Assembly (NCBI GenBank): GCA_030623125.1
Contig: JAUXMQ010000001.1
Location: 1 to 26,353, forward strand
Direction of reading: 5' to 3'
From: Acidimicrobiia bacterium
Lineage (GTDB): Bacteria > Actinomycetota > Acidimicrobiia > Spongiisociales > ZC4RG35
Length of the DNA stretch: 26,353 nucleotides
Part shown: positions 7,764 through 19,396 of the stretch, one piece after another
Layout of the letters: each line of letters begins with the position of its first letter
Numbering within the stretch: the first letter of the stretch is position 1
Program-made: the position numbers and the translations under genes
Notes under the pieces: generated by a model
Told to the model about the DNA's origin: nothing
The model's input: the letters and a program-made list of their open reading frames with translations, nothing else
Database searches by the model: none

Positions 7764-8569
7764 TTCTGGCTAGCGAAGAGTGCGACGTAGTCAACGAGGT
7801 CATCTGTGCCCCCGCCGACGTCAAAGAGCTGTTCGAGTTCACCGACGTGATCTTCAGCATCGGTCCTCTGGGCTTCACTCGAACCATCATCTTGTTCTTC
7901 CTGGCCGCGTTCGTCGTTGTCGGTCTTCTCTACTTCGGCCTCCGCAAACAACGGATGGTCCCATCGAAGTTCGGTGTGGTCATCGAATCACTCCTCGACT
8001 TCGTCAAGAACGGCATCGCCAAGGACATCATCGGACCGGAAGGCGCAAGGTACGTCCCCTATCTGACAGCCATCTTCCTGTTCATACTCGTCGGCAACCT
8101 CTTCGAGGTGACTCCGCTGATCAACTTCCCGATCACGTCGCGAATGGCGATACCCGCCTTTCTGGCCATCGTCACATATGTGATCTTCGTCTTCATCGGC
8201 TTCGGTAAGAACAAGTTTCGCTTTCTGCTCGACACCGTCTGGCCAAAACACGTTCCGATCGGTCTGAGATGGCTCGTCGGGCTCATCGAGCTGGTCTCGA
8301 TCTTCCTGCTCCGCCCCTTCACGCTGGCCGTCCGGCTGTTTGCCAACATGGTGGCGGGTCACCTGATGCTGACCCTCCTGCTCGGGTCTGGCGTAATCTT
8401 CCTCTCGGCGTTCCCCGAAATCGGGCTCAAGGCTCTCGTCGGAATCCCCTGGTTTGCCCTCGGGCTTGGGATCTATCTGTTCGAGATCGTGGTCTCGGTC
8501 CTGCAGGCATACATATTCACTCTGCTGTCGGCGGTTTACATCCAGTCGTCAGTCCATTTCGAGCACTAA
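7751..8569 (+). CDS. atpB: F0 subunit a
   Basis: RPFTLAVRLFANM.AGH (essential Arg), LQAYIFTLL..VYI and YL.AIFLFIL..N. TTG start overlapping atpI. Confidence 0.96.
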   Translation: MDQLILASEECDVVNEVICAPADVKELFEFTDVIFSIGPLGFTRTIILFFLAAFVVVGLLYFGLRKQRMVPSKFGVVIESLLDFVKNGIAKDIIGPEGARYVPYLTAIFLFILVGNLFEVTPLINFPITSRMAIPAFLAIVTYVIFVFIGFGKNKFRFLLDTVWPKHVPIGLRWLVGLIELVSIFLLRPFTLAVRLFANMVAGHLMLTLLLGSGVIFLSAFPEIGLKALVGIPWFALGLGIYLFEIVVSVLQAYIFTLLSAVYIQSSVHFEH

Positions 8570-8803
<234 letters not shown>

Positions 8804-8813
8804 AGGTCAAGAG

Positions 8814-9362
8814 ATGCAGTTTCTGATCGCAACGATCCTTTATCAGGAGGAGGGGGAGTCCAGCTCCAACGTGAGTCTGGTTCTCCCCGAGACGGCCGAG
8901 CTCATCGCCGGGATCATCGCCTTTGCGATCGTCTTCTTCTTCGTCTGGAAGTGGGCTCTTCCCACTTTGAACAAGACTCTCGAAACCCGTCAGCAAGCCG
9001 TGTCCGGCGAACTGGCCGGTGCGGAGAAGGCGAAAGTCGAGGCCGAGAGTCTTCTTTCGGACTACAAGGCCCAGTTAGCGGATGCAAAGTCCGAAGGCAA
9101 CAGGATTCTCGAAGATGCCCGTGTCACTGCCGAGCAGATGAAGACAGATTTGCTTGCCAAGGCGGAAGGCGAAGCCGACAACATCCGGAGCAAGGCTCGA
9201 GACGACGCATCAGCGGAGAAGTCCCGTGCCCTTTCCGACGCGCGAACCCAGGTGGGAGACATCTCGGTTGAGCTCGCCGGGAAGATTGTTGGCGAGGAGC
9301 TTGACGCCGATGCCCATCAGGCTCTGATAGACCGGTACCTGGGCGACCTGGAAACCCTCTGA
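8814..9362 (+). CDS. atpF: F0 subunit b
   Basis: One TM segment followed by an Ala/Glu/Lys-rich coiled coil, ending SVELAGKIV. Operon position. Confidence 0.93.
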   Translation: MQFLIATILYQEEGESSSNVSLVLPETAELIAGIIAFAIVFFFVWKWALPTLNKTLETRQQAVSGELAGAEKAKVEAESLLSDYKAQLADAKSEGNRILEDARVTAEQMKTDLLAKAEGEADNIRSKARDDASAEKSRALSDARTQVGDISVELAGKIVGEELDADAHQALIDRYLGDLETL

Positions 9363-9385
9363 TGCCGAGACGGATCGACCTCTAG

Positions 9386-9916
9386 ATGCAAGATCGGATC
9401 ACCGGATATGCCAATGGCATATTCGAGCTCGCCAAGGCCGAAGACGAGTTGGAGCGCGTCGAAAACGAGTTGTTCACGATCGCCCAGGCGCTCGATGACT
9501 CGCCCGAGCTTCGGTCGACGCTGACTGACCCCCAACTGCCGATGGAGAAGAAGCAGGCGCTGATCGATGACCTCATCGGCGGCCGGGCGTCTTCGCTCAG
9601 CGTCGATCTTGTTCAACTGATCGTCAGCCAGGGCCGCTCATCCGAGTTGTCCGACATCGCCAGGGCCCTTGTCAAGGCAGCTGCTGCTTCCCGCGACAAG
9701 GCAGTGGCGGAGGTCCGATCCGCCGTGCCCCTCAATGAAGAGACAATCGAGCGGTTGGCTGCGGCGCTGGGAAGGGCCACCGGAAAGAGTGTTGAAGTCA
9801 AGGTGGTTGTCGATGAGTCGGTTATCGGAGGCATCGTTGCCCGGGTGGGTGACACCGTGATCGATGGATCGCTGGCACGCCGAGTTGATTCTCTACGGCA
9901 GGCCGTAGAGAGCTAG
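9386..9916 (+). CDS. atpH: F1 subunit delta (stand-alone, not fused to b)
   Basis: [19 protein letters not shown] and [21 protein letters not shown]. Confidence 0.95.
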   Translation: MQDRITGYANGIFELAKAEDELERVENELFTIAQALDDSPELRSTLTDPQLPMEKKQALIDDLIGGRASSLSVDLVQLIVSQGRSSELSDIARALVKAAAASRDKAVAEVRSAVPLNEETIERLAAALGRATGKSVEVKVVVDESVIGGIVARVGDTVIDGSLARRVDSLRQAVES

Positions 9917-9957
9917 GAGACAGATGTGAAACGCACGTCAAGGGCCCAAGGAGATAC

Positions 9958-11499
9958 ATGTCTGATTTGACCATCACCGCCGATCAGATCACCGCGTCGA
10001 TCCGTGCCCAGATCGAAGGCTGGGAGCCCGAGATCGACAAGGAGACAGTCGGTTATGTGAAGTCGATAGCCGACGGCGTTGCCCGTGTCGAGGGTCTGCC
10101 AAACGCGATGGCCTCGGAGTTGCTGGAGTTCCCCGGTGGCCTCATCGGAGTGGCCCTGAACATCGATGAGGATGACCTGGGTGTCGTATTCCTCGGTGAG
10201 TACACCCACATCGAGGAAGGCAATGCCGTCAAGCAGACCGGCAAAGTCCTCTCCGTGCCCGTCGGTGATGCCCTCCTCGGACGGGTGATCGACACGCTGG
10301 GCAATCCGATCGACGGGAAAGGCCCCATCGAAGCTACCGAGAGTCGTCTTCTCGAGACTCAGGCGCCTTCAGTGGTCGAGCGTCAGCCGGTAAAGGAGCC
10401 TCTGCAAACGGGGATCAAGGCCATTGACTCGATGACCCCAATCGGTCGCGGTCAGCGCCAGCTGATCATCGGCGACCGTCAAACCGGCAAGACAGCCCTC
10501 CTTGTCGACACGATCATCAATCAGAAGCAGTACTGGGGCACAGACAAGGCTGTCAAGTGCATCTACGTCGCGATTGGTCAGAAATCCTCAACCGTCGCCG
10601 AGGTTGTCGACACGCTCACCGAGCATGGTGCGCTGGAATACACGGTGATCGTGCATGCGTCGGCTTCAGACGCTGCCGCTCTTCAGATGTATGCACCGTA
10701 CGCCGGTTCGGCGATCGGTCAGCACTGGATGTACCAGGGCGAGCACGTCCTCGTGATGTTCGATGACCTCTCAAAACAGGCTGTTGCCTATCGAGAGATT
10801 TCGCTGTTGCTCCGTCGACCCCCTGGCCGCGAGGCTTACCCGGGTGACGTCTTCTACCTCCACAGTCGGCTTCTCGAACGCTGCGCCAAACTCTCAGATG
10901 AGTTGGGCGGAGGCAGCCTCACGGGGCTTCCCGTTATCGAGACCAAGGCCAACGACATCTCGGCGTACATCCCGACGAACGTGATCTCCATCACTGACGG
11001 ACAATGCTTCCTCGAGACCGATCTGTTCTTCCAGGGTGTTCGCCCTGCACTGAACGCCGGCGAGTCGGTATCTCGGGTCGGTGGCGCGGCTCAGGTCAGC
11101 GCCATGAGAAAGATCGCTGGTCCATTGAGATTGAATCTGGCCCAGTACCGGGAGCTTGCGGCGTTCGCCGAATTCGGATCCGAACTCGACGCCTCGTCAC
11201 TTGCCCAGCTCGAGCGTGGCCGTCGTGTCGTCGAGGTTCTCAAGCAGCCCCAGTACGATCCGGTTCCGGTCGAGGAACAGGTCCTGACTCTCTATGCCGT
11301 TACAGAGGGCCACATGGACGACGTCGCGGTCGGAGACATCCGCCGTTTCGAGTTTGAGCTGAGGGAACACTTCAGGGCGCGTCACACCAATGTCCTCGCT
11401 GGAATTGCCGAGACGGGGGACCTCCCGGAGGGTGATGTTCTGGCCGAGAGCATTGCCGCCTTCAAAGGGACCTTCGAAGGCTCCGAGACTGTCGAGTAG
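9958..11499 (+). CDS. atpA: F1 subunit alpha
   Basis: GDRQTGKT P-loop, [23 protein letters not shown] and [15 protein letters not shown]. Confidence 0.99.
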   Translation: MSDLTITADQITASIRAQIEGWEPEIDKETVGYVKSIADGVARVEGLPNAMASELLEFPGGLIGVALNIDEDDLGVVFLGEYTHIEEGNAVKQTGKVLSVPVGDALLGRVIDTLGNPIDGKGPIEATESRLLETQAPSVVERQPVKEPLQTGIKAIDSMTPIGRGQRQLIIGDRQTGKTALLVDTIINQKQYWGTDKAVKCIYVAIGQKSSTVAEVVDTLTEHGALEYTVIVHASASDAAALQMYAPYAGSAIGQHWMYQGEHVLVMFDDLSKQAVAYREISLLLRRPPGREAYPGDVFYLHSRLLERCAKLSDELGGGSLTGLPVIETKANDISAYIPTNVISITDGQCFLETDLFFQGVRPALNAGESVSRVGGAAQVSAMRKIAGPLRLNLAQYRELAAFAEFGSELDASSLAQLERGRRVVEVLKQPQYDPVPVEEQVLTLYAVTEGHMDDVAVGDIRRFEFELREHFRARHTNVLAGIAETGDLPEGDVLAESIAAFKGTFEGSETVE

Positions 11500-12380
11500 T
11501 GGCCAGCGCCCAGCTTCGCGATACCCGACGCCGCATCAAGAGCGTTGAGGCCACCAAGAAGATCACGCGTGCCATGGAGCTGATCGCGGCAAGCCGTATC
11601 CCCAGGGCCCAGGCTCGTGTTCACGGTTCCAAGCCGTATACCGAAAAACTGATCGAGGTCATCGAGAATGTCGGCGCCGCGGATAGCGGCGGGAGTCACA
11701 AGCTTCTCGAGCGAAGAGACCCCAGCAGGGTCGGACTGCTGATCGTTTCCTCCGACCGGGGTCTGGCGGGCGCCTATTCGTCAACGATTATTCGTCTTGC
11801 CGAAACCCGGGCCGCCGATCTGGAGAAGGAGGGCAAGGACGTTCTCATATATGCGATCGGCAAGAAGGCGCTGTCCTACTTCCGATACCGCGGCTATCAC
11901 ATCGAGCAGGCCTACCTCGGTGTGACCGACACACCTGGATACGGGAACGCCCGCGCTCTCGGCAACCGGGTGATGGAGGACTACGCCGTTGAGCGCATCG
12001 ACGCCCTCGAGGCGTTCTACACGAAGTTCGAGTCGGCGATGACGCAGGTGCCGACTCACCAGGAGCTTCTTCCCATCACTCCTCCAGACTTGGAGGACGA
12101 TGAGAAAGCCGTTCGTGTGTCCTATGGGTTCGAGCCGTCGCCCGAGGAGATCCTCAATCGGCTTCTGCCCACCTATGTGGAGGCCATCATCTTCAACATG
12201 CTCCTCGAGGCATCCGCTTCGGAGCACAACGCACGGCGTCGGGCGATGAAAGCTGCGACCGACAACGCAGAAGAGCTCATCAAGAGCCTCACGGTCCAGG
12301 CCAACCGCGCCAGGCAGGCAGAGATCACAACCGCCATCGCCGAGATCGTCGGTGGCGCCGAAGCCCTGGTGGAGTCCTGA
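11499..12380 (+). CDS. atpG: F1 subunit gamma
   Basis: RRIKSV..TKKIT.AMELIAAS, SDRGLAG, SEH.ARR.AMK.ATDNA and RQA.IT. TAGTG overlap with atpA. Confidence 0.97.
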   Translation: MASAQLRDTRRRIKSVEATKKITRAMELIAASRIPRAQARVHGSKPYTEKLIEVIENVGAADSGGSHKLLERRDPSRVGLLIVSSDRGLAGAYSSTIIRLAETRAADLEKEGKDVLIYAIGKKALSYFRYRGYHIEQAYLGVTDTPGYGNARALGNRVMEDYAVERIDALEAFYTKFESAMTQVPTHQELLPITPPDLEDDEKAVRVSYGFEPSPEEILNRLLPTYVEAIIFNMLLEASASEHNARRRAMKAATDNAEELIKSLTVQANRARQAEITTAIAEIVGGAEALVES

Positions 12381-12407
12381 TGAGACCCACGAACGAGTAC
12401 CAGATAG

Positions 12408-13855
<1,448 letters not shown>

Positions 13856-13856
<1 letters not shown>

Positions 13857-14191
13857 TGGCCAAGACCTTCCAGGTTGATGTGGTATCGCCCGAGGCGACC
13901 GTGTGGAGTGGAAAGGCGGTCATCGTGATCGCCCGGACCCCGGAAGGCGAGCTTGGCATCATGGCCGACCACGAGCCGCTGATGGCGACCTGTGCCACCG
14001 GACCGGTCGAGATCGAAGCCGAATCGGGCGAGCGCACCACAATCGGTGTCCACGGTGGGTTCATCCAGGTTGTCAACAACCAGGTGACCCTGATCACCGA
14101 TCGGGCCGAGGTTGCTGAAAGCCATGCACAGGCCAAAGAGACAGCACAGCGGCTTGCCGCCGAAGACGCCGAGGCCGACGACGAAGCCTGA
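13856..14191 (+). CDS. atpC: F1 subunit epsilon, short (111 aa)
   Basis: VDVVSPE, GELGIMADHEPL and VHGGFIQV. TGATG overlap with atpD. Confidence 0.95.
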
Positions 14192-14198
14192 GGCTGAG

Positions 14199-14633
14199 CT
14201 AGTCGAAGCTCTCAGCGAATTCATCGACCGTCCGTGGCAGACCACTCCCGATCGTCTTGGCGATCATCGGGAAGAACATTCCCGACAGCACTCCGGCGCT
14301 CTCGACATCAAGCGTGACCCGGATGAGGGTCCCTTGCCCGTCGTCGGACAAGTTGACGCGTATCGCCCCGCGAATCTCTGAATTGGCGATGTTCAGAGTC
14401 ATCATCTGCTCCTCTTCGCGGGCGTGGAGGGTCGCCTCGCCGAGATATTTGGTGCCGGCGACGAAGGTCTCGAATGTGAAGCCCCGGAGTCGGCCGATGT
14501 CGTCGATCACAGGGTCGATCACGCGGTCAACACCTCCAATGCCCTCCCAGGTCTCCGGTTTGTCCAATGCTTCCCAAACCTCGGTTCGTGTCGCCCGAGT
14601 AACGGCACTATGGCTGAAGGTCTCTTTAGGCAC
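14199..14633 (-). CDS. SRPBCC / CoxG-like ligand-binding fold protein
   Basis: N-terminal F.HS......R.EVW..L..PE.W..I.GV pattern, 144 aa, and a C-terminal amphipathic helix (FFPMIAKTIGSGL). TAGGTT lies 6 nt before the GTG start. Confidence 0.7.
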   Translation of the reverse strand: MPKETFSHSAVTRATRTEVWEALDKPETWEGIGGVDRVIDPVIDDIGRLRGFTFETFVAGTKYLGEATLHAREEEQMMTLNIANSEIRGAIRVNLSDDGQGTLIRVTLDVESAGVLSGMFFPMIAKTIGSGLPRTVDEFAESFD

Positions 14634-14708
14634 GGCGGCAACCTAACCAAATCAGACTCCGGTTGCCGTCGTTGGACCGTAACCTGTCCTGCGACCCCCT
14701 TTTCAACC

Positions 14709-16307
14709 ATGCTGATCGCACGCGACCTTCGTCTTGATGTTGGCACCCGGACACTTGTCCAGGGTGCTGCTTTCAGTGTGCAGTCGGGCGACCGAATCGG
14801 GTTGGTGGGCCGAAATGGAACGGGGAAGACAACTCTGATGAGGTCCCTCATTGGTGATATCGAGCCCACGGAAGGAACCGTGCTCCGGTCCGGTCAGGTC
14901 GGATACCTCTCCCAAGAGGCGGCACTCCCCGAGCTGGATCATCCGGACGCCACCGCCCTTGAGCGAATACTGATGGCCCGCGAGATCGGCGCAGCGCAAC
15001 GCCGGATCGAGGAGGCGAGGGCTCGCCTGGACGAGCTCGACGGCGAAGAGCGGGACAGGGGCATCGCCCGGTTCTCCAGACTTCACGATGAGTTCGAGGC
15101 AAAAGGTGGGTTCGTAGCCGAGGGAGAAGCCAAGAGGATCGCCTCGAAGATCGGCATCGGGAACGACGAGCTCCACCAACCCGTGGCAACGATGTCAGGC
15201 GGACAGCGTCGAAGGGTCGAACTGGCGAGGATCCTTTTCGCCGAGACCGACGTCCTGCTCCTCGACGAGCCGACCAACCACCTCGATCTCGATGCGAAGG
15301 CCTGGCTCATCGAGTATTTGACGTCGTACAAGGGCGGAATGCTTGTCGTCTCGCACGATCTGCCACTTCTGGATGAGGCGATAACCGAGGTGCTCGTATT
15401 GGAGCACGGTGAGATCGAGCACTACCGCGGCAACTACTCGCACTATCTGGTGGAACGAGTCGCCCGGCGGGAGCGTAAGCAGAGAGAGCGAAAGCATCAG
15501 GATGAGCACATTGCTCGTCTTGAGGAGAACATTCGCCGTTTCAAGGGATCCACCGAGAAGATGGCCAAGGTCGCCCGGGCCATGGAGACCCGAGTGGACC
15601 GGATGAAGCGCGAGCTGGTCGAAGTGCAGACGAGCGGCAAGAAGGTCAGGGTCGCCTTCCCCCAACCGGACCCGTCAGGGAGGGTTCCCCTGGTTGCGAC
15701 CGGGCTGGCAAAGGCCTTCGGCGACAACCTGGTCTTCGTCGACATCGAGTTCGCCGTTGAGCGGGGCGAGCGGATGCTGCTCATCGGTCTCAACGGTGCT
15801 GGAAAAACCACCCTGCTTCGCATCCTGGCAGGAGTGGAGACCTCGGACCTGGGTGAGGTCTCCCTGGGGCACAAAGCGACACTTGGCTACTACGCACAAG
15901 AGCACGAGCAGATCATCGAGGGCGTGACCGTGTTCGATCACATGAGAGAAGCCGCCCGGTTGCCCGACCAGACGCTCAGAACCTTGCTCGGGACCTTCCT
16001 TTTGGCCGACAAAGTGGATCAGAACGCGTCAACCCTGTCCGGCGGGGAGAAAACCAAGCTTGCCCTGGCGATGCTGGTCGCCTCCAGACCGAATGTGCTC
16101 TTGCTCGACGAGCCCACCAACAACCTCGACCCACAGGCCAAAGAAGCGCTACTCGACGCCCTGACGCTATATGAGGGGACTGTCGTTCTCGTCAGCCACG
16201 ACACCGATTTCGTCGCTCAACTGGTGCCGGACCGGGCGGTCCTGATGCCGGACGGTGAGATGCGCTTCTTCGACGAGGACCTCCTCGATCTGGTAGCCCT
16301 CGCCTGA
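14709..16307 (+). CDS. ABC-F family ATPase (two nucleotide-binding domains, no TM segment), 532 aa
   Basis: GRNGTGKTT / MSGGQ / LLLDEPTNHLD and GLNGAGKTT / LSGGE / LLLDEPTNNLD, with a YRGNYSHY charged linker. The real start is ATG 14709 (MLIARDL...); the longer track ORF overlaps the SRPBCC gene. Confidence 0.95.
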   Translation: MLIARDLRLDVGTRTLVQGAAFSVQSGDRIGLVGRNGTGKTTLMRSLIGDIEPTEGTVLRSGQVGYLSQEAALPELDHPDATALERILMAREIGAAQRRIEEARARLDELDGEERDRGIARFSRLHDEFEAKGGFVAEGEAKRIASKIGIGNDELHQPVATMSGGQRRRVELARILFAETDVLLLDEPTNHLDLDAKAWLIEYLTSYKGGMLVVSHDLPLLDEAITEVLVLEHGEIEHYRGNYSHYLVERVARRERKQRERKHQDEHIARLEENIRRFKGSTEKMAKVARAMETRVDRMKRELVEVQTSGKKVRVAFPQPDPSGRVPLVATGLAKAFGDNLVFVDIEFAVERGERMLLIGLNGAGKTTLLRILAGVETSDLGEVSLGHKATLGYYAQEHEQIIEGVTVFDHMREAARLPDQTLRTLLGTFLLADKVDQNASTLSGGEKTKLALAMLVASRPNVLLLDEPTNNLDPQAKEALLDALTLYEGTVVLVSHDTDFVAQLVPDRAVLMPDGEMRFFDEDLLDLVALA

Positions 16308-17333
16308 TCAAAGACCGTGGTGCGCTGTCGTGTCATGGGCATCAGCGAGACCGTGGGGGTCAATGTGGATCACCGCGAACACCGGGAAGGAATATCGGTG
16401 GTGCAGAGCGTGCTCGACATCGAGAGCAATCGCGTGGCCCTCTCTGACCGTCAAATCGGGGTCGACGCAGACCGAAGCCGTGACCCCCAGCCGGTGGCCC
16501 TGCCATCGAACCTGAAGATCGGCAAGGTCGCGGACGCCTTCGACCTCTCGAATGGTCGAGTCCACCTGGCCGACGATCTCGGGCTCGATGCCGTCGAGCA
16601 TCCGGCGAGACATGCGACGAGCCGAGCGAGCAAGGAGCCAGAGAATCCCTGCGCCGACAACAAGTCCAGCCACTGGATCTGGCCATGCAGCGCCGAGTGA
16701 TGCTCCGACTGCGGCCACCACGACTGCCAAAGAGGTCAAAGCGTCCGTGCGGGCGTGTTGGCCATCGGTGACGAGAGCCTCGGATCCGATCGCGCGCCCC
16801 ACCCTGATCCGATACCGAGCCACAAACTCGTTACCAAGCGCCCCGACAACGCCGGCGGCTATCACCCAGGGGATGTGGTCGATGAGTCGGGGCTCGAACA
16901 GTCGGATCACCGACTCCCGGATCACCAGGATGGCCGAGAGACCTATCGCCGCGACGATCAGCAGACCGGCGGCGTCTTCCAACCGGTGAAATCCATAGGT
17001 GTAGCGCTTGGTTGGTCGCCGACGACCGACTGAGAATGCGATCCACAATGGAATAGCTGTCAAGGCATCGGTGACGTTGTGAAGTGTGTCGGAGAAGAGC
17101 GCAACCGATCCACTGAGCACGACAATCACCGCTTGAAAGAGAGCCGTGGCTCCCAACACGAGAAGCGAGATCTTGGTGGCGCGGATTCCTTCGGCGCCAG
17201 AGTCCAGGACGGGTTGATGATCGGCGACATGATCGTGGCTCAGCAGATGCCCGAGCCCATGCTGGAGTCGGTTCCTACGTGGTTTGTCGTCCTCGGACGT
17301 CGGCCTGTCGTCGCCGGCACGGGGTGGAGTCAC
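16308..17333 (-). CDS. Cation diffusion facilitator (CDF) family transporter
   Basis: S.S.AL.SD.LHN.TD (TM2 HxxxD) and DGQHARTD (TM5 HxxxD), His-rich termini, and a C-terminal dimerisation domain (VRW.GH, IHIDP). Confidence 0.92.
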   Translation of the reverse strand: MTPPRAGDDRPTSEDDKPRRNRLQHGLGHLLSHDHVADHQPVLDSGAEGIRATKISLLVLGATALFQAVIVVLSGSVALFSDTLHNVTDALTAIPLWIAFSVGRRRPTKRYTYGFHRLEDAAGLLIVAAIGLSAILVIRESVIRLFEPRLIDHIPWVIAAGVVGALGNEFVARYRIRVGRAIGSEALVTDGQHARTDALTSLAVVVAAVGASLGAAWPDPVAGLVVGAGILWLLARSARRMSRRMLDGIEPEIVGQVDSTIREVEGVRDLADLQVRWQGHRLGVTASVCVDPDLTVREGHAIALDVEHALHHRYSFPVFAVIHIDPHGLADAHDTTAHHGL

Positions 17334-17340
17334 AGGGTGG

Positions 17341-17346
17341 ATGTTA
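17341..17346 (-). promoter_or_regulatory. Predicted -10 (TAACAT) for a leaderless CDF transcript
   Basis: TAACAT on the minus strand, then 7 nt, then GTG 17333. No SD. Confidence 0.55.
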
Positions 17347-17372
17347 GGTCGGGTGGGAACGATGGATTTCGT

Positions 17373-17392
17373 GCAAACGAACGTTCGTTTGC
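17373..17392. promoter_or_regulatory. Perfect 20-bp palindrome GCAAACGAACGTTCGTTTGC, probable PaaR (TetR) operator
   Basis: Fully self-complementary. It contains two overlapping matches to CNAACGNNCGTTNG (17374-17387 and 17378-17391), the consensus I recall for Thermus PaaR, and sits in the paaA promoter spacer. Confidence 0.75.
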
Positions 17393-17393
17393 C

Positions 17394-17405
17394 TACTATG
17401 GGGTG
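17394..17405 (+). promoter_or_regulatory. Predicted -10 (TACTAT) for a leaderless paaA transcript
   Basis: TACTAT at 17394-17399, then 6 nt, then ATG 17406. Confidence 0.65.
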
Positions 17406-18332
17406 ATGTCATCCGAAGAGCGGTTTCAGACGATTATCGACGCCGAGGACAAGATCGAGCCCCCGGATTGGATGCCAGAGGCCTACCGAAAAACCCTCAT
17501 CCGTCAGATCGCACAGCATGCCCACTCGGAGGTGATTGGCATGCAACCCGAGAGCAACTGGATCACCCGCGCCCCGACACTCCATCGCACAGCGATTCTC
17601 ATCGCCAAGGTCCAGGACGAGGCCGGTCATGGGCTCTACCTCTACGCCGCAGCCGAGACGCTCGGAGTCAGACGTGACGAGATGCAGGAGCTCCTACACC
17701 GGGGCAAGCACAAGTACTCGTCGATCTTCAACTACCCGACACTCAGCTGGGCTGACATGGGGACGATCGGATGGCTGGTCGACGGCGCCGCCATCACCAA
17801 CCAGGTGATGCTCACCCGCGGCTCCTATGGTCCCTATGCGAGAGCCATGGTGCGGATATGCAAGGAGGAGTCCTTCCATCAGCGTCAGGGATATGAGCTC
17901 TTGATCAGACTCTGCCAGGGGTCGTCCGAGCAGAAAGCGATGGCCCAGGACTCCGTCAACCGCTGGTGGTGGCCGGCGCTGATGATGTTCGGGCCCCACG
18001 ACAGCGACTCGACCCACACCGAGCAGTCGATGAAGTGGAAGATCAAAAGGGTCTCCAACGATGACCTTCGTCAGCAGTTCGTCGACATGACGGTTCCCCA
18101 GGCCGACTATCTCGGTCTGAAGATACCGGACCCCGACCTCCGCTGGAACGAGGAACGGGGTCACTACGACTTCGGTGAGATCGATTGGGAGGAGTTCTGG
18201 CGTGTTGTCAAGGGGAACGGCCCGATGAATCGTGAGCGTGTTGCCCACAAGGTCAAGGCGTGGGATGACGGAGCGTGGGTACGCGAAGCGGCGATGGCAT
18301 ATGCCAAGAAACAGGCCCACTCGGCGGCTTAG
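17406..18332 (+). CDS. paaA: Phenylacetyl-CoA 1,2-epoxidase catalytic subunit A
   Basis: [30 protein letters not shown] and [10 protein letters not shown] di-iron motifs. 308 aa from ATG 17406; the track's upstream extension overlaps the CDF gene. Confidence 0.97.
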   Translation: MSSEERFQTIIDAEDKIEPPDWMPEAYRKTLIRQIAQHAHSEVIGMQPESNWITRAPTLHRTAILIAKVQDEAGHGLYLYAAAETLGVRRDEMQELLHRGKHKYSSIFNYPTLSWADMGTIGWLVDGAAITNQVMLTRGSYGPYARAMVRICKEESFHQRQGYELLIRLCQGSSEQKAMAQDSVNRWWWPALMMFGPHDSDSTHTEQSMKWKIKRVSNDDLRQQFVDMTVPQADYLGLKIPDPDLRWNEERGHYDFGEIDWEEFWRVVKGNGPMNRERVAHKVKAWDDGAWVREAAMAYAKKQAHSAA

Positions 18333-18344
18333 GAGGATCGACTG

Positions 18345-18689
18345 ATGAGTTACGACGTTCCCGTTGCCCCGGGGGAGAAGGCGGAGATAGAAGAGACCAC
18401 AGAGCTGAGTGGGGAGAGCTGGCCAATGTGGGAGGTGTTTGTCCGGGCGCGTCGCGGCATATCCCACGTCCACATCGGGAGTCTCCATGCGGCCGATGCC
18501 GAGACGGCGCTGGAGAATGCCCGTGATGTCTACACCCGACGCGGCGAGGGTGTGAGCGTGTGGGTTGTCCGCAGCAGCGAGGTCCATGCCTTCGAGCCGG
18601 AAGCCGCTGCCGACTATGTCGAGGCCAACGAAAAGGTCTACCGGCTGGCCACGGCCTATGAGATTCCTGAAGAAGTTGGACAGATGTGA
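18345..18689 (+). CDS. paaB: Phenylacetyl-CoA epoxidase subunit B
   Basis: WEVFVR..RG.SH.H.GSLHAAD...AL.NARDVYTRR.EGVS.WVV. AGGAGG SD. Confidence 0.95.
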   Translation: MSYDVPVAPGEKAEIEETTELSGESWPMWEVFVRARRGISHVHIGSLHAADAETALENARDVYTRRGEGVSVWVVRSSEVHAFEPEAAADYVEANEKVYRLATAYEIPEEVGQM

Positions 18690-19396
18690 CCATCAAATCG
18701 GTCACTTCGCTGCTGGCTCACGCCGACGACAACATGGTGCTCGCTCAGCGACTTGGCGAGCTGATCTCCAACGCGCCCGAGCTGGAGATAGATATCGCGC
18801 TGGGTAACACAGCTCTCGACCACCTCGGTGTGGCAAGGGCGCTGTATACCCACGCCGGCAACACCGAGGGTAAGGGAAGATCCGAGGACGAGCTCGCAAT
18901 GTTCAGAACCGAGCGGGAATACACCAACCTTCTGCTTGTGGAGCAGCCAAATGGCGACTTCGCCCACACCATGGTGCGTCAACTCTTCTTCGACGCTTAT
19001 CAGATGGAACTCTGGAGAGACCTTTCGACTTTCAGCGATACGACTCTGGCTGGCATCGCCGCCAGGGCGCTCAAGGAGGCCACCTACCACATGCGATTCT
19101 CGTCAGGATGGGTCACCCGTCTTGGCGACGGCACCGAGGAGTCCCACCGCCGCGCCCAGGATGGAGTCAACGCCCTTTGGCAGTACACATCGGAGATGTT
19201 TGAGGGTGAGGCAGAGCACTATCACCCGGCCTGGAGCACCACCATCGAGTCCGCCCTGATCGAGGCCGGCCTCGATCCTGTGGCCGACCCCTATCAAAGA
19301 ACGGGTGGCCGGAGTGGTTTTCACACCGAGTACCTCGGCTTTCTGCTCGCCGAGATGCAGTGGGTGCAGCGGAGCTACCCGGGTCTGAAATGGTGA
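18686..19396 (+). CDS. paaC: Phenylacetyl-CoA epoxidase subunit C
   Basis: D...L.QRL, NGDFA.TM.RQ..FD, KE..YH.RFS..W..RLGDGT.ESH.R.Q and LL.EMQ..QRSYPG..W. Confidence 0.95.
   Translation: MTIKSVTSLLAHADDNMVLAQRLGELISNAPELEIDIALGNTALDHLGVARALYTHAGNTEGKGRSEDELAMFRTEREYTNLLLVEQPNGDFAHTMVRQLFFDAYQMELWRDLSTFSDTTLAGIAARALKEATYHMRFSSGWVTRLGDGTEESHRRAQDGVNALWQYTSEMFEGEAEHYHPAWSTTIESALIEAGLDPVADPYQRTGGRSGFHTEYLGFLLAEMQWVQRSYPGLKW

Noticed and set aside
14185-14195. AGCCT-G-AGGCT palindrome at the atpC stop as a terminator
   Set aside because: The stem is 5 bp with a 1-nt loop and no U-tract, so it cannot form a terminator hairpin.
14424-14708. N-terminal extension of the ABC-F ORF (627 aa in the track)
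   Set aside because: It overlaps the SRPBCC gene on the opposite strand and has no family-like sequence; the ABC-F N-terminus begins at ATG 14709.
17378-17387. CGAAC-GTTCG in the paa promoter as a second SOS box
   Set aside because: It lacks the 4-bp spacer that LexA requires and is better explained as a TetR operator.
17079-17405. 109-aa N-terminal extension of paaA
   Set aside because: It overlaps the CDF gene and the promoter region; the PaaA-like sequence and the -10 spacing both point to ATG 17406.
17694-18587. 297-aa antisense ORF over paaA/paaB
   Set aside because: Shadow ORF caused by GC-rich codon bias on the coding strand; no recognisable motifs.
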